Assembly: GCA_012729505.1 (NCBI GenBank)
Contig: JAAYDA010000072.1
Location: forward strand, 76,162-140,161
DNA length: 64,000 bases
Origin: Syntrophomonadaceae bacterium
GTDB lineage: Bacteria; Bacillota; Syntrophomonadia; Syntrophomonadales; DTU052
Direction of reading: 5' to 3'
Of the stretch, positions 8,928-19,429 are shown one piece after another; within the stretch, counting starts at the first letter, position 1, and every line of letters starts with the position of its first letter. The notes below the pieces were generated by a model, which searched no databases, was not told the origin of the DNA, and saw only the letters and a program-made list of their open reading frames with translations. The position numbers were made by a program, and so were the translations under genes.

Positions 8928-9247
8928 AAATGGAGCTTGTTTGGATCATTATAGGAATGGCCCTGGCTACAGGTATACCGCGTTTTCTGCCGGTAGCGGT
9001 ACTCTCGCGGTTCGAGTTTCCGGAAGTAGTCAAGGAATGGCTGTCATATGTGCCTCCGGCGGTTCTGGCCGCTCTGGTGGCAGTCAGCATCCTGGCTCCT
9101 CAGGGAATAGTAGAAATAACCTTGGCCAACCGCTACATCTGGGTCTTCATCCCCACCCTGGCAGTTGCCGTATATACTAAAAGCCCCTTTTACACGCTGG
9201 TGGCGGGAATAGCCTTAATGGCCTTGCTAAACAATTTATTTGTTTAG
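8924..9247 (+). CDS. azlD: AzlD-family branched-chain amino acid transport protein
   Basis: The frame 8822-9247 is trimmed to ATG at 8924 (MKMELVWIIIGMALATGIPRFLP...), which overlaps the azlC stop codon (ATGA). The product is about 107 aa with 3-4 TM segments. Confidence 0.7.
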   Translation: MKMELVWIIIGMALATGIPRFLPVAVLSRFEFPEVVKEWLSYVPPAVLAALVAVSILAPQGIVEITLANRYIWVFIPTLAVAVYTKSPFYTLVAGIALMALLNNLFV

Positions 9248-9257
9248 CAAGGATTTA

Positions 9258-9947
9258 CTACCTGGCATTAACATCTGATCCCGGCACTATACAATCACAA
9301 TTCTTAATGAGCTGTGGTTCTTCAGGGGATTTCAGCAGAGTCAGAAAGTGATTGAGGATTCGCGCCGTCAAGCCCCAGATGGTATGATCCTGCCACAGAT
9401 AAAAATACTGATCATAAGAGCCATCCTTCCAAGGATAGTCACGGCCATGAGGAATCAGATCATACGGATAATCGGCGGGAATCACCATCTTTACACCCAC
9501 CTGATTGACCAGGGGTTCATAGTCCAGAAGATAATCCAAAGGAGTGTACAATACTGACTGAACCTCGCTGGTATTGGGAGTTATTATGGCTTTCTCACTG
9601 ATCTCACATACAAATGGGTAGATCAAAAGATTAAATGGAGTTAACATAATATCCAAAGGTCCGATATAATCCAGTTCATTCGGCTTGACCCCCAGCTCTT
9701 CACAGGTTTCACGCATAGCAGCTTGCAGGGCCCCGCCATCCTCCGGCTCAATTCTCCCTCCAGGAAAGCAGATTTCTCCTGGATTTATCTTTAACTGATG
9801 CGATCTTTCTTCGAGCACTACGCATTCTTGGCCCTGGTGTTTAATTACGGGGACAATTACGGCAGATTCAAAGTAGCTCTCATGTCCCAAAACTTTGGCA
9901 GGCCGATCTCGCAATGCCCTGACGGCATCGATAGTCATCTGATTCAT
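9258..9947 (-). CDS. NUDIX hydrolase (CoA pyrophosphatase-like)
   Basis: The Nudix box GGRIEPEDGGALQAAMRETCEELG is seen in the 229-aa ORF. Confidence 0.75.
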   Translation of the reverse strand: MNQMTIDAVRALRDRPAKVLGHESYFESAVIVPVIKHQGQECVVLEERSHQLKINPGEICFPGGRIEPEDGGALQAAMRETCEELGVKPNELDYIGPLDIMLTPFNLLIYPFVCEISEKAIITPNTSEVQSVLYTPLDYLLDYEPLVNQVGVKMVIPADYPYDLIPHGRDYPWKDGSYDQYFYLWQDHTIWGLTARILNHFLTLLKSPEEPQLIKNCDCIVPGSDVNAR

Positions 9948-10014
9948 CTCCTGTTGCTGATTATTTCTTCATTATTGATTATACCAGAATTGCATTATTC
10001 CCTCATTAACAGGA

Positions 10015-10057
10015 AAGGTGCTTTTGCGGCCCGACTAAAGCCGGGCGCAAAAGCACC
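10015..10057 (-). terminator. Long hairpin terminator downstream of gdhA
   Basis: AGGTGCTTTTGCG(G)CCCG-loop-C(C)GGGCGCAAAAGCACCT forms a stem with 13 perfect base pairs plus extensions. It lies about 70 nt after the gdhA stop codon. Confidence 0.6.
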
Positions 10058-10126
10058 TCAATCGAATCTATAACTACACTTCCCAGATCAAAAACTCCGC
10101 CGGAGCTTATCCATGGAGATTACTCT

Positions 10127-11470
<1,344 letters not shown>

Positions 11471-11647
11471 CTAATAGCTATTCTCAGCTCCGATTCCACG
11501 TAATGGAATGCCGCTCCGAATGTTTCACTTATAGGGTAACATGATTGCGCTTTCCGGTCAATGGAATTTAGTTTCACATGGCGGAAATTCTCCATGGAAT
11601 TGGGGGGCAGAATAGAAAGGCATTGCCCTTCAGGGTAGCCCTAGCCG

Positions 11648-12901
11648 CTAAGAGGCAGATGCACTTTCGCCGGCCAGGAATCCGGTGCTCCAACACATCT
11701 GCAGATTGTACCCTCCGGTCGGTCCATCTATGTCCAGTATTTCCCCGGCAAAATAAAGATTCGAATAAAGTCTTGAACCCATAGTCCTGGGATTTACTTC
11801 TTTTAAATCAACTCCGCCACAGGTTATTATGGCCTTGTCATAGCCTGACAGCCCAATAACCGTTAATTCCAGACCTTTTAAAAGCCTGACCAGCCTATGA
11901 CGCTCCGCCCGGCTCACACTGTTGGCCTGCTTTTCCGGCATTATCCCTGATAATTCAATAAGGGGCTGAATCAGAGCCCGTGGCAGCAGATCGGTCAGGC
12001 TATTCTTAAACTCCCGGTTACGATATTTCAGAAAATCCCGCTGAACCCTGTCATCCAGTTGTTCGAAGCTCAGAGCGGGCTTGAGATCAATAAATAGCTG
12101 CAGCTTTCCGCTGGACAATAATTCTCCCACTCGTTTACTCAGATCAAGGATAATCGGGCCACTTAATCCAAAATGAGTGAAGAGAGCCTCCCCAAAACGC
12201 GTCTCGATTTTGTGCCCGTCTTTATATAGACTAACCTCCACATTTTTCAGGCTAAGGCCCTGGGCATCCTTTACCCAATCCTCCTTGACCCGAACCGGCA
12301 CCAGTCCCGGCCTTAACGAAATGACCTGATGCCCGATTTCCCTCAGCCAAGCAAAACCCTGCCCGTCCGAGCCGGTGGCAGGATAAGACTGCCCCCCACT
12401 GCACAATATGTATTTTTCGGCAGTAATTGGCTTGCCAGCAGTTTTTACAGCGGTTATTCTGTCTTCCTGGTGATTAATTCCTTGAACTACCGTGTTCAGC
12501 CTGACTGTCACCCCGCCCTTTTCAAGATATCTGACCAGGGCATTGCGAACATCCGCAGCACGATCACTAACCGGGAAAACCCTTTGTCCCCGTTCAATTT
12601 TGACCGGAACCCTGCTGCCCTCAAAAAAATTTATCGCCTCCCGGACTCCGAAGGATGATAGGGACGGCAGCAGAAAGCGGCCCTGCCTTCCATATTGTTC
12701 AATAAGCTGTTGATTATCAAACTCAGCCTGAGTTATGTTGCAACGACCCTTGCCGGTGATCAGAAGCTTTACTCCCAGCTGATTGTTTTTATCCAGGAGC
12801 ACTACCGAGGCCCCTCTTTCTGCGGCCCGGCCAGCCGCCATCATACCTGCGGCACCGCCCCCGATGACCGCCACATCAAACCTTGGATTACTGTTGCTCA
12901 T
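11648..12901 (-). CDS. NAD(P)/FAD-dependent oxidoreductase of the HI0933/BaiN flavoprotein family
   Basis: 417-aa ORF with an N-terminal VAVIGGGAAGMMAA fold and a C-terminal LYFAGEILDIDGPTGGYNLQ motif, both typical of this family. Confidence 0.75.
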   Translation of the reverse strand: MSNSNPRFDVAVIGGGAAGMMAAGRAAERGASVVLLDKNNQLGVKLLITGKGRCNITQAEFDNQQLIEQYGRQGRFLLPSLSSFGVREAINFFEGSRVPVKIERGQRVFPVSDRAADVRNALVRYLEKGGVTVRLNTVVQGINHQEDRITAVKTAGKPITAEKYILCSGGQSYPATGSDGQGFAWLREIGHQVISLRPGLVPVRVKEDWVKDAQGLSLKNVEVSLYKDGHKIETRFGEALFTHFGLSGPIILDLSKRVGELLSSGKLQLFIDLKPALSFEQLDDRVQRDFLKYRNREFKNSLTDLLPRALIQPLIELSGIMPEKQANSVSRAERHRLVRLLKGLELTVIGLSGYDKAIITCGGVDLKEVNPRTMGSRLYSNLYFAGEILDIDGPTGGYNLQMCWSTGFLAGESASAS

Positions 12902-12981
12902 AATCCCCTTTCCCTCTTCCGGCAGAGCAAAAAGAAATCAGATCGCATACACGACCTGATCATGTTACTTTGTGCATCTGT

Positions 12982-13422
12982 CTATTTTATTTTGGCTTTG
13001 ATCTTTTCCCACAGGCCGCTGCCGATCATTTCATCAGCTGAAGCCAGGATCTTTCTCATTACTTCCAAACTATCGCCATCACCGGCCCAGTGTCTGCGTA
13101 AAATCTCGGGACTGGTATCATTGACCATAGTGTTTATCACCCAGGAGGCCAGGGCAACATCATCCAACAAGCCAACAGGTCCCAGTACAACTTCAGGAAG
13201 GATATCAAAAGGAGAAATAAAATACGCTATAGCTGCCAACAGTTTAGCTTTGTGCATAGCTGGAACATCCGGATCCAAGGATAGTTTTACCAGCAAATGA
13301 AAGAGATCAGGCGCATACAGGAGATATTCCGCCCATTTATTGTTTTTGGCCTCATCACTTTTAATCCAATCCTGAACCTTAACCCTTAGCTCCTGATAAA
13401 AATCCATCTCCTGATTATTCAC
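12982..13422 (-). CDS. YkvA/DUF1232-family membrane protein
   Basis: 146-aa ORF containing AAIAYFISPFDILPE...GLLDDVA, the signature I associate with DUF1232. Confidence 0.6.
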   Translation of the reverse strand: MNNQEMDFYQELRVKVQDWIKSDEAKNNKWAEYLLYAPDLFHLLVKLSLDPDVPAMHKAKLLAAIAYFISPFDILPEVVLGPVGLLDDVALASWVINTMVNDTSPEILRRHWAGDGDSLEVMRKILASADEMIGSGLWEKIKAKIK

Positions 13423-13484
13423 TTCATTTCACCCCCCAATAATGACGTACATGGAAAAACAGGCTTTATCGCCTATAGAATACT

Positions 13485-13620
13485 ATAAAGTAAGACTTGA
13501 ATCAGGTGGAGTTTTGACTCCATCTAATTCTTAGTCGCACGGATCCAGGGACTTAACTGCCCTTGGGCACCCGCCGCCTATAGAGGCGGGGGTCTTTAGG
13601 GCAGATTAGTCATCGGATGA
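13485..13620 (-). repeat. Dispersed structured intergenic repeat, copy c (consensus orientation on the minus strand)
   Basis: The reverse complement is near-identical to copy a, including the internal CCGCC-TCTATA-GGCGG hairpin. Confidence 0.85.
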
Positions 13621-13764
13621 ACTCCCGGCCGACTTTGATACTGTATATTATACGTGTTTGACCTCTATTACTTCAATTGTTTGATTATAGATGCCCTCCG
13701 GTCACAACCCGCTTTCTCAATTCACTTTCATTTTTCGGTTTTGCCCTTGGCAGCAGACTTTTTG

Positions 13765-14571
13765 CTAATCTTTAGTATCCTCATTTTTTTGAAGAGAATC
13801 CCTGATATACTGATCCGTTGCCGGTAAAATCTTTCTAAGCTCCAAAGGCAGCGGGAACAACACCGTAGTATTTTGTGAGTTGGCTATCTCAGAAAGAGAA
13901 CGCAGCATTCGCAGAGTGATTCCACCCTCACTGGAGCTAAGGATTGCTGAAGCCTCGGCCAATTTTTCAGATGCCTGCCGCTCACCCTCAGCCTGGATAA
14001 CAGCCGCCCGACGATTTCTCTCTGCCTCTGCCTGGCGAGCAATAGCCCTTTGCATCTCAGTGGGGAGCAGCACATCCTTGATCTCCACGGCAATAACCTT
14101 AATTCCCCAGGGTTCGGTGGATTCATCCACAATCTTCTGAATGGTATGATTGAGCTTATCACGCTCAGACAGCAATTCATCAAGATCAGCAGTTCCGGCC
14201 ACACTCCTTAAAGTAGTCTGGGCCAATTGATTGGTGGCTTCATGATAATTTTCAACGTTGACTATTACTTTATCGGGAAACACTACCCGGAAGAAGAGTA
14301 CCGCAGTTACTTTACAGGTAACATTATCCCGGGTAATTACCTCCTGAGGAATAACATCAACCACCACAATCCGCATAGATACCCGGACTATGCGGTCAAC
14401 TACAGGTATTATCAATATCAGCCCCGGGCCACGGACTCCCATCAGACGACCCAGGCGAAACAAAACCGCTCTTTCATATTCAGGAATAATCTTGATAGAT
14501 GAATAGGCAATTAACACCACAATGACCACCAGAAGTGACCAGTTCCATAGCTCGGCCAACATTTCAATCAT
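13765..14571 (-). CDS. SPFH/Band-7 (stomatin-like) membrane protein
   Basis: 268-aa ORF with an N-terminal TM segment, an SPFH core, and a coiled-coil rich in A, E and R (AIARQAEAERNRRAAVIQAEGERQA). It is paired with an upstream NfeD gene. Confidence 0.85.
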   Translation of the reverse strand: MIEMLAELWNWSLLVVIVVLIAYSSIKIIPEYERAVLFRLGRLMGVRGPGLILIIPVVDRIVRVSMRIVVVDVIPQEVITRDNVTCKVTAVLFFRVVFPDKVIVNVENYHEATNQLAQTTLRSVAGTADLDELLSERDKLNHTIQKIVDESTEPWGIKVIAVEIKDVLLPTEMQRAIARQAEAERNRRAAVIQAEGERQASEKLAEASAILSSSEGGITLRMLRSLSEIANSQNTTVLFPLPLELRKILPATDQYIRDSLQKNEDTKD

Positions 14572-14592
14572 CTGTCAACCCTCCTTGTTTCC

Positions 14593-14937
14593 TTAATTCT
14601 GCTTATTATATGGCTCCACCAGCAGATACATACCCTGTCTGCCTACAACCCGGACCCGCTCTCCCGTAACAATTGGACAATTTTCCGGGGCAATTGCATT
14701 CCAGATCTCACCCTGAACTTTTATTAAACCTTCCGGATCTAAATCTTTAAAAACATAAGCCCGGGCCTTGGCAAATTCCAGATCACCATGAAACGTTTGG
14801 GTGTTACGAATCATCCAGAGTCCTATAATTACCGCTATGAAGAATAAAACTGTAATTACTGCCATACCCAGAGCCAAGGAGCTTACTGCATCTGACCAGG
14901 CGCCAGTCATCATTGACTCCATACCCCCACCTCCCAA
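14593..14937 (-). CDS. NfeD-family protein (short form)
   Basis: 114-aa ORF with a TM region and a C-terminal OB-like segment (VQGEIWNAI...GERVRVV). This is the canonical partner found upstream of an SPFH gene. Confidence 0.75.
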   Translation of the reverse strand: MGGGGMESMMTGAWSDAVSSLALGMAVITVLFFIAVIIGLWMIRNTQTFHGDLEFAKARAYVFKDLDPEGLIKVQGEIWNAIAPENCPIVTGERVRVVGRQGMYLLVEPYNKQN

Positions 14938-15205
14938 GTCGTATCATGTATCTTAACCAGTTATCCAGACAAGGTAATTCTTTTAATTTCCTTATTTTAA
15001 TATTGGCTTAAACGCAAAGAATATACAAGAACAATCATCTGATGCAGACCTTGGATTCTCGAGACTTATTAGCAAAAAGCGGGTCTGCCTTCATTGTTTT
15101 TATCTCTGGAATCTTCCCTTGGTTGACAAAAACATTTGTTATATACCTTCGTTTAAAGATATGATTAAAGTATATTCAGATTATTTTGTAACGGAGGTTG
15201 GAAAA

Positions 15206-16135
15206 ATGAAAGCGGAAGACATAAAGAATATTCTGATCGTTGGATCAGGGACCATGGGCAAGCATATTGGCCTGCAGTGTGCTCTTTTTGATTGTGATGT
15301 TGTATTTTATGATATTGAAGCCGAACTGCTGGAAAAAGCTCGGGTTCATATCGGTAAAATTGCGGCCCGCCTGGTTCGCCAAGGGTTCGTCACCGAAGAG
15401 CAAGCCAAGAAAGCCCTCGAAAGCATGAGCTTCACCACCGATACTTCTCAAGCCTGTAAAGGAACGGCTCTGGTCAGTGAATCGGTGCCCGAAAGTGTGG
15501 CCCTCAAGCAGAAAGTCTGGAAGCAGCTGGATGAATATCTGCCGGCTGATGCCATCCTTACCACCAACACCTCAACCCTGCTTCCTTCTCAATTTGCCGA
15601 TGCCAGTGGCCGCCCAGACCGTTTTTTGGCCTGGCATTTCCATTTGCCCTCTTTCACCGCCAATGTAGTAGATGTTATGCCCCATGCAGGAACCGATCCT
15701 GAAGTGACTCAGACCCTTATGGAGTTTTCTCGCCGGATTCAGCAGACGCCCATATTTATCAAAAATGAATTCCCCCATTATGTGTATAACCGGATGTTTA
15801 CCGCTCTCTTATCCGCTGCCGAAGAACTGGTGGTTAATGATGTAGCCGGTGTCTATGATGTGGACCGAGCCTGGATGACAATCATGAATGTCCCGCTGGG
15901 TCCCTTTGGCATGATGGACAGCCTGGGTCTTGATACCACCCTGCATGTAACCCGGGAAAGCCTTAATCTTGATCCGGAAAATGAAACTTTAAAGAAATCG
16001 GTGCAGTTCCTGCAGGAGAAGTGCGATAAGGGAGAACTGGGCATGAAAACCGGCAAAGGCTTTTATACGTATCCTAACCCCGAGTATGCGTCTCCTGACT
16101 TTATCCACAGACCAAAACCGATTCATAAAAAATAG
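15206..16135 (+). CDS. 3-hydroxyacyl-CoA dehydrogenase family protein (Hbd-like)
   Basis: The frame 15119-16135 is trimmed to ATG at 15206, which is preceded by GGAGG. The product starts MKAEDIKNILIVGSGTMGKHIG (Rossmann fold) and contains NTSTLLPS. The trimmed product is 309 aa. Confidence 0.75.
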   Translation: MKAEDIKNILIVGSGTMGKHIGLQCALFDCDVVFYDIEAELLEKARVHIGKIAARLVRQGFVTEEQAKKALESMSFTTDTSQACKGTALVSESVPESVALKQKVWKQLDEYLPADAILTTNTSTLLPSQFADASGRPDRFLAWHFHLPSFTANVVDVMPHAGTDPEVTQTLMEFSRRIQQTPIFIKNEFPHYVYNRMFTALLSAAEELVVNDVAGVYDVDRAWMTIMNVPLGPFGMMDSLGLDTTLHVTRESLNLDPENETLKKSVQFLQEKCDKGELGMKTGKGFYTYPNPEYASPDFIHRPKPIHKK

Positions 16136-16197
16136 CCTGGAGATTTCTGAGGTCAGAATGAAAAAAGGTGTGCTTCCCAGCACACCTCAAATAATCA

Positions 16198-16271
16198 TGG
16201 CTGGGGCGGTAGGATTTGAACCCACGATGCGGGAGTCAGAGTCCCGTGCCTTACCGCTTGGCGACGCCCCA
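16198..16271 (-). tRNA. tRNA-Gln (anticodon CTG) with encoded CCA
   Basis: The reverse complement is TGGGGCGTCGCCAAGCGGTAAGGCACGGGACTCTGACTCCCGCATCGTGGGTTCAAATCCTACCGCCCCAGCCA. It folds by hand into a cloverleaf with a 7-bp acceptor stem, an anticodon stem CGGGA/TCCCG, an anticodon loop CTCTGAC and a T-loop TTCAAAT. Confidence 0.9.
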
Positions 16272-16363
16272 TTATTGTGTTTGCAAGTTTAAATTTTAAA
16301 GGAATCTGCTTCGTTTGTCAAATCCCTCAACGGAGCTTGGATTTTAATAGAAAGGGTGATTTT

Positions 16364-16777
16364 GTGGGGCCTTGTTGCGTATGCAAAAAACCTTTTGACC
16401 AACATGCTTTTCCAGTAGGGAATTCAGGCTGGTGTGCAGCCTGTGCCGCTTCAGTTCTTGACTGGATTAACGATGAAATCCTGCCTGGCCTCAAGGAGCT
16501 GGGGGAGTCTACCGGCCTCGAAAGAATCGAGCCGGACGCCTACTATGAAGTAAGTATGCAATGGTTCATCGGCGGTGAAATCAGAGTAGAGTACACCATA
16601 TTCGGTGAAACATATGAACCGGCCGATGACGAAGATTCCGAAGGCATCTATTCGGGACTTGAACTGGCGGTTCAAATGGATCGAACCAACCGGGGCAACA
16701 TAATCAACATTTTTACCTGCATCTGCTGTGACAGCGGGAGAGTAATACCAATTAACGAAGTATGTGCGGAGTGGTAA
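16364..16777 (+). CDS. Hypothetical Cys-rich protein (putative zinc-ribbon ends); start uncertain
   Basis: The frame 16277-16777 is trimmed to GTG at 16364, after AAGGGTGA. The N-terminus contains CCVC...C..C and the C-terminus contains C.CC...C. I recognise no family. Confidence 0.35.
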   Translation: MGPCCVCKKPFDQHAFPVGNSGWCAACAASVLDWINDEILPGLKELGESTGLERIEPDAYYEVSMQWFIGGEIRVEYTIFGETYEPADDEDSEGIYSGLELAVQMDRTNRGNIINIFTCICCDSGRVIPINEVCAEW

Positions 16778-16795
16778 CCCCCCCTGTCAATTCTG

Positions 16796-18631
16796 CTATC
16801 TTCTGCGCTTAAAAAGCCAGGCCAGTACTATTGCGGCAATGATTGCAGCCGTTGACGGAATCAACCAACCAGCCGGCTGAACGTCAGAATCAGATGCTCT
16901 ATCCTTTTTGCCTCCCGGCTGCATACCATCCGGCCTGAATCTATCTTCGCCATCCCCCGGTCTCATGTTTCCTTGGTCACCGGCCATCATCTCCAGAAGC
17001 TCATCTGGAATGCCTAACTCCTTCGCCTCTTCCTTAAGCTGATCAGTCAGACTGCCTTCTTCCTGAATCTTGTGGCGAAATTCCTCCAGCTCTTCCCGCC
17101 CTATATCATCAGGCAGTGCCATGCCAGGAGGAGCTGCCTGCATATTAGGCCTTTGATTGCCCTCGTTGTTCCGGCCCGCCGGAGGTCGTCCGCCTTCCAT
17201 GGCCGGGAATTGCTGTCCGCCAGTCCCTTCTCCTTCCGGCATTGGCCGTTGTTGATCCCCGCCTTTGCCTTTCATGCCATCTGAACCATTGCCACTATTT
17301 GTTGAGGGCATCTCCCCCCTGAGCTGTTTCAAAATGCTATCGCCGGCGGTGGCCGCCAGTTCCATGATTCCAGGAACATTCTTGCCCAAGCCACCTGCTC
17401 CGGAAGGGGCCTGAAGGAAATTCTGCTCCTCTTCTTCGGCCATGACTCCGCCTTCAATGGTACCGGCAATACTTTCCTCAAACTGTTGATAGGTATAAAA
17501 AGCTGTAGGATCAGTTTTCACATATTCGCTGATCAAGTCAAAAAGGCGCGATGTTTCATCCTGCAAATATTCACCCTGTAAATACCCGGTAACCATCTGC
17601 AGCAGATATTCATGATATGTTTCCCGATATTTTTCGTTCTCTAACAGCTTGGCGACCAGTGGTCTGTCAGCCACCGTCCCCTGAACAGGCTCATCGATAT
17701 ATATTCCGCCAGAGCCGCCAAACCCGCCAAAAGACATGTTTAAGTCCCAGGGCAGAATGGTAAAGACCCCGCCCTGTTCATACAGATAGTAATTATGACC
17801 GAAATTGCCCAGATAGCTGTCAAAGTTGGCCAGAGCAGTGTTAACTGCAATATATTTTAAGGCCTGATCAACATCCAGGTATTTTTCTATATCATCACCG
17901 CCATTGTTTAACACATCCAGCATCTTGATAAGCTTTGACCAATCGGCATTTTTCAGGCTGCTCTTGACCTCTAAGCCGCTATAATCAGATTTACTGTCAC
18001 CGTTGTACTTCAGGGTGTTGCCCACAGACTTATACAGATCCCCAGTCACATCACCGAAGTTTTGAGCCAGATACGGCTCCAGAATACTCTCAACCGCTAA
18101 ATAAAGCCCGAAATACTCTCCATTCACATAAACTGCCGCATAAGCGAAAGCAGGCACAGGCACTCCCATTTCCTCAAATATCTGATATGACAGATACTCA
18201 CGCATATATGACAGATCAGAAAAGCAGTTGTTCAGGTTTAGCTGGGTCAGTCCCTCCAGGGTCTGATTCTCGATGAGATCGCCAAAGTTTATCTTAAAGC
18301 TATAGCGGCTGCTGTCACTATGTGCTACCGATGAAAGGCTGGAATTACCTTTAGCTCTGACGTTAACCAACGGATACACATCCCCATTGACCACCACCGT
18401 CCCAGTCTTGTATTCTTCCAGGGAGGCATTGGCCAGAATGTCATCCCAATCATCCTCACTGATTTGTATATCCACCGTCATCACTTTATCTTTTTGAAAA
18501 TACTTCTCAATATATTGCTGATTCGATAATGACATAACACCTGACTTGGTATATTGGCCGGAGGCGGCAAGTATAAGTCCTGTGAAAAGCACCATTACCA
18601 TAACCAGCGGTATGAATCCGCGCTTATACAT
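16796..18631 (-). CDS. cotH: CotH-family (atypical kinase fold) protein with an N-terminal signal/anchor, a Gly/Pro/Glu-rich linker and a C-terminal hydrophobic anchor
   Basis: 611-aa ORF. The region VNVRAKGNSSL...YSFKINF...LNLNNCFSDLSYMREYLSYQIFEEMGVPVPAFAYAAVYVNGEYFGLYLAVE matches the CotH domain pattern I know. The C-terminus is ...WLIPSTAAIIAAIVLAWLFKRRR. Confidence 0.75.
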   Translation of the reverse strand: MYKRGFIPLVMVMVLFTGLILAASGQYTKSGVMSLSNQQYIEKYFQKDKVMTVDIQISEDDWDDILANASLEEYKTGTVVVNGDVYPLVNVRAKGNSSLSSVAHSDSSRYSFKINFGDLIENQTLEGLTQLNLNNCFSDLSYMREYLSYQIFEEMGVPVPAFAYAAVYVNGEYFGLYLAVESILEPYLAQNFGDVTGDLYKSVGNTLKYNGDSKSDYSGLEVKSSLKNADWSKLIKMLDVLNNGGDDIEKYLDVDQALKYIAVNTALANFDSYLGNFGHNYYLYEQGGVFTILPWDLNMSFGGFGGSGGIYIDEPVQGTVADRPLVAKLLENEKYRETYHEYLLQMVTGYLQGEYLQDETSRLFDLISEYVKTDPTAFYTYQQFEESIAGTIEGGVMAEEEEQNFLQAPSGAGGLGKNVPGIMELAATAGDSILKQLRGEMPSTNSGNGSDGMKGKGGDQQRPMPEGEGTGGQQFPAMEGGRPPAGRNNEGNQRPNMQAAPPGMALPDDIGREELEEFRHKIQEEGSLTDQLKEEAKELGIPDELLEMMAGDQGNMRPGDGEDRFRPDGMQPGGKKDRASDSDVQPAGWLIPSTAAIIAAIVLAWLFKRRR

Positions 18632-18721
18632 ATTTTCCCCTCCTTCCGGGGGCAGTTGTCTTCTCTGTTAGTCCAAACCCAGCGCCGGAGAGCCGGTACT
18701 CCCCTTTTGCGTGGTTAGCCG

Positions 18722-19399
18722 CTAAGATGCATATTCGCCGTTGTAGCTTACCAAAGCAGTATTGGTAATCCCGGGAAGGGCTGCCATCTCGTTAATAAAT
18801 GAAGTCTCCCCATTCCTCATGCGAACTTCAAATACCAATTCCACACCTCGGGCAGGTGCAACAGTTTTCGACTTAACCCGGTACTTGGGAAAAACTCTTT
18901 TTACCAGAGACACAGCACCTGATTCAGCCTCCTCATCAATACAATTAACCATCAGGATGTAGGGGGTATCTGCCACATTATTGCCCGCAAAAGCTATTAA
19001 GAGCAAACCGATTACTACTGAACCCAATACTGCCAAAGGGATAAATCCCGCACCCAAAACTATTCCTCCGCCTATGGCCCAAAACAGAAAGACCAGATCC
19101 ATAGGGTCTTTGATAGCGGTACGGAATCGCACAATTGACAATGCGCCAACCATCCCCAGCGACAGAACAATATTGGATGTCACCGCAAGGATGATGAAGG
19201 TAGTCAGCATGGTCAAGGCCACCAGAGAAATATTAAATGGCCGCGAATACATAATCCCCGAAAAGGTCTTTTTGTAAATCAGATAAATAAACATGCCGAT
19301 AAGGAAAGCCGCGGCTAAAGCTATCCCTGCATCAGCCAGGGAAAAGGATGCCGCCTTTTCCAAAAAACTTGATTTAAATATGTCGTTGAATGTGGTCAT
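18722..19399 (-). CDS. DUF4956-like polytopic membrane protein
   Basis: 225-aa ORF with 4-5 TM segments and a cytoplasmic C-terminal domain. It contains the motif VRFRTAIKDPMDLVFLFWAI. It sits between the VTC and CotH genes, as in the conserved triad I recall from Clostridia. Confidence 0.55.
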   Translation of the reverse strand: MTTFNDIFKSSFLEKAASFSLADAGIALAAAFLIGMFIYLIYKKTFSGIMYSRPFNISLVALTMLTTFIILAVTSNIVLSLGMVGALSIVRFRTAIKDPMDLVFLFWAIGGGIVLGAGFIPLAVLGSVVIGLLLIAFAGNNVADTPYILMVNCIDEEAESGAVSLVKRVFPKYRVKSKTVAPARGVELVFEVRMRNGETSFINEMAALPGITNTALVSYNGEYAS

Positions 19400-19429
19400 T
19401 ATCTTTCCTCCTTTTGTTATGAGTAGGGA

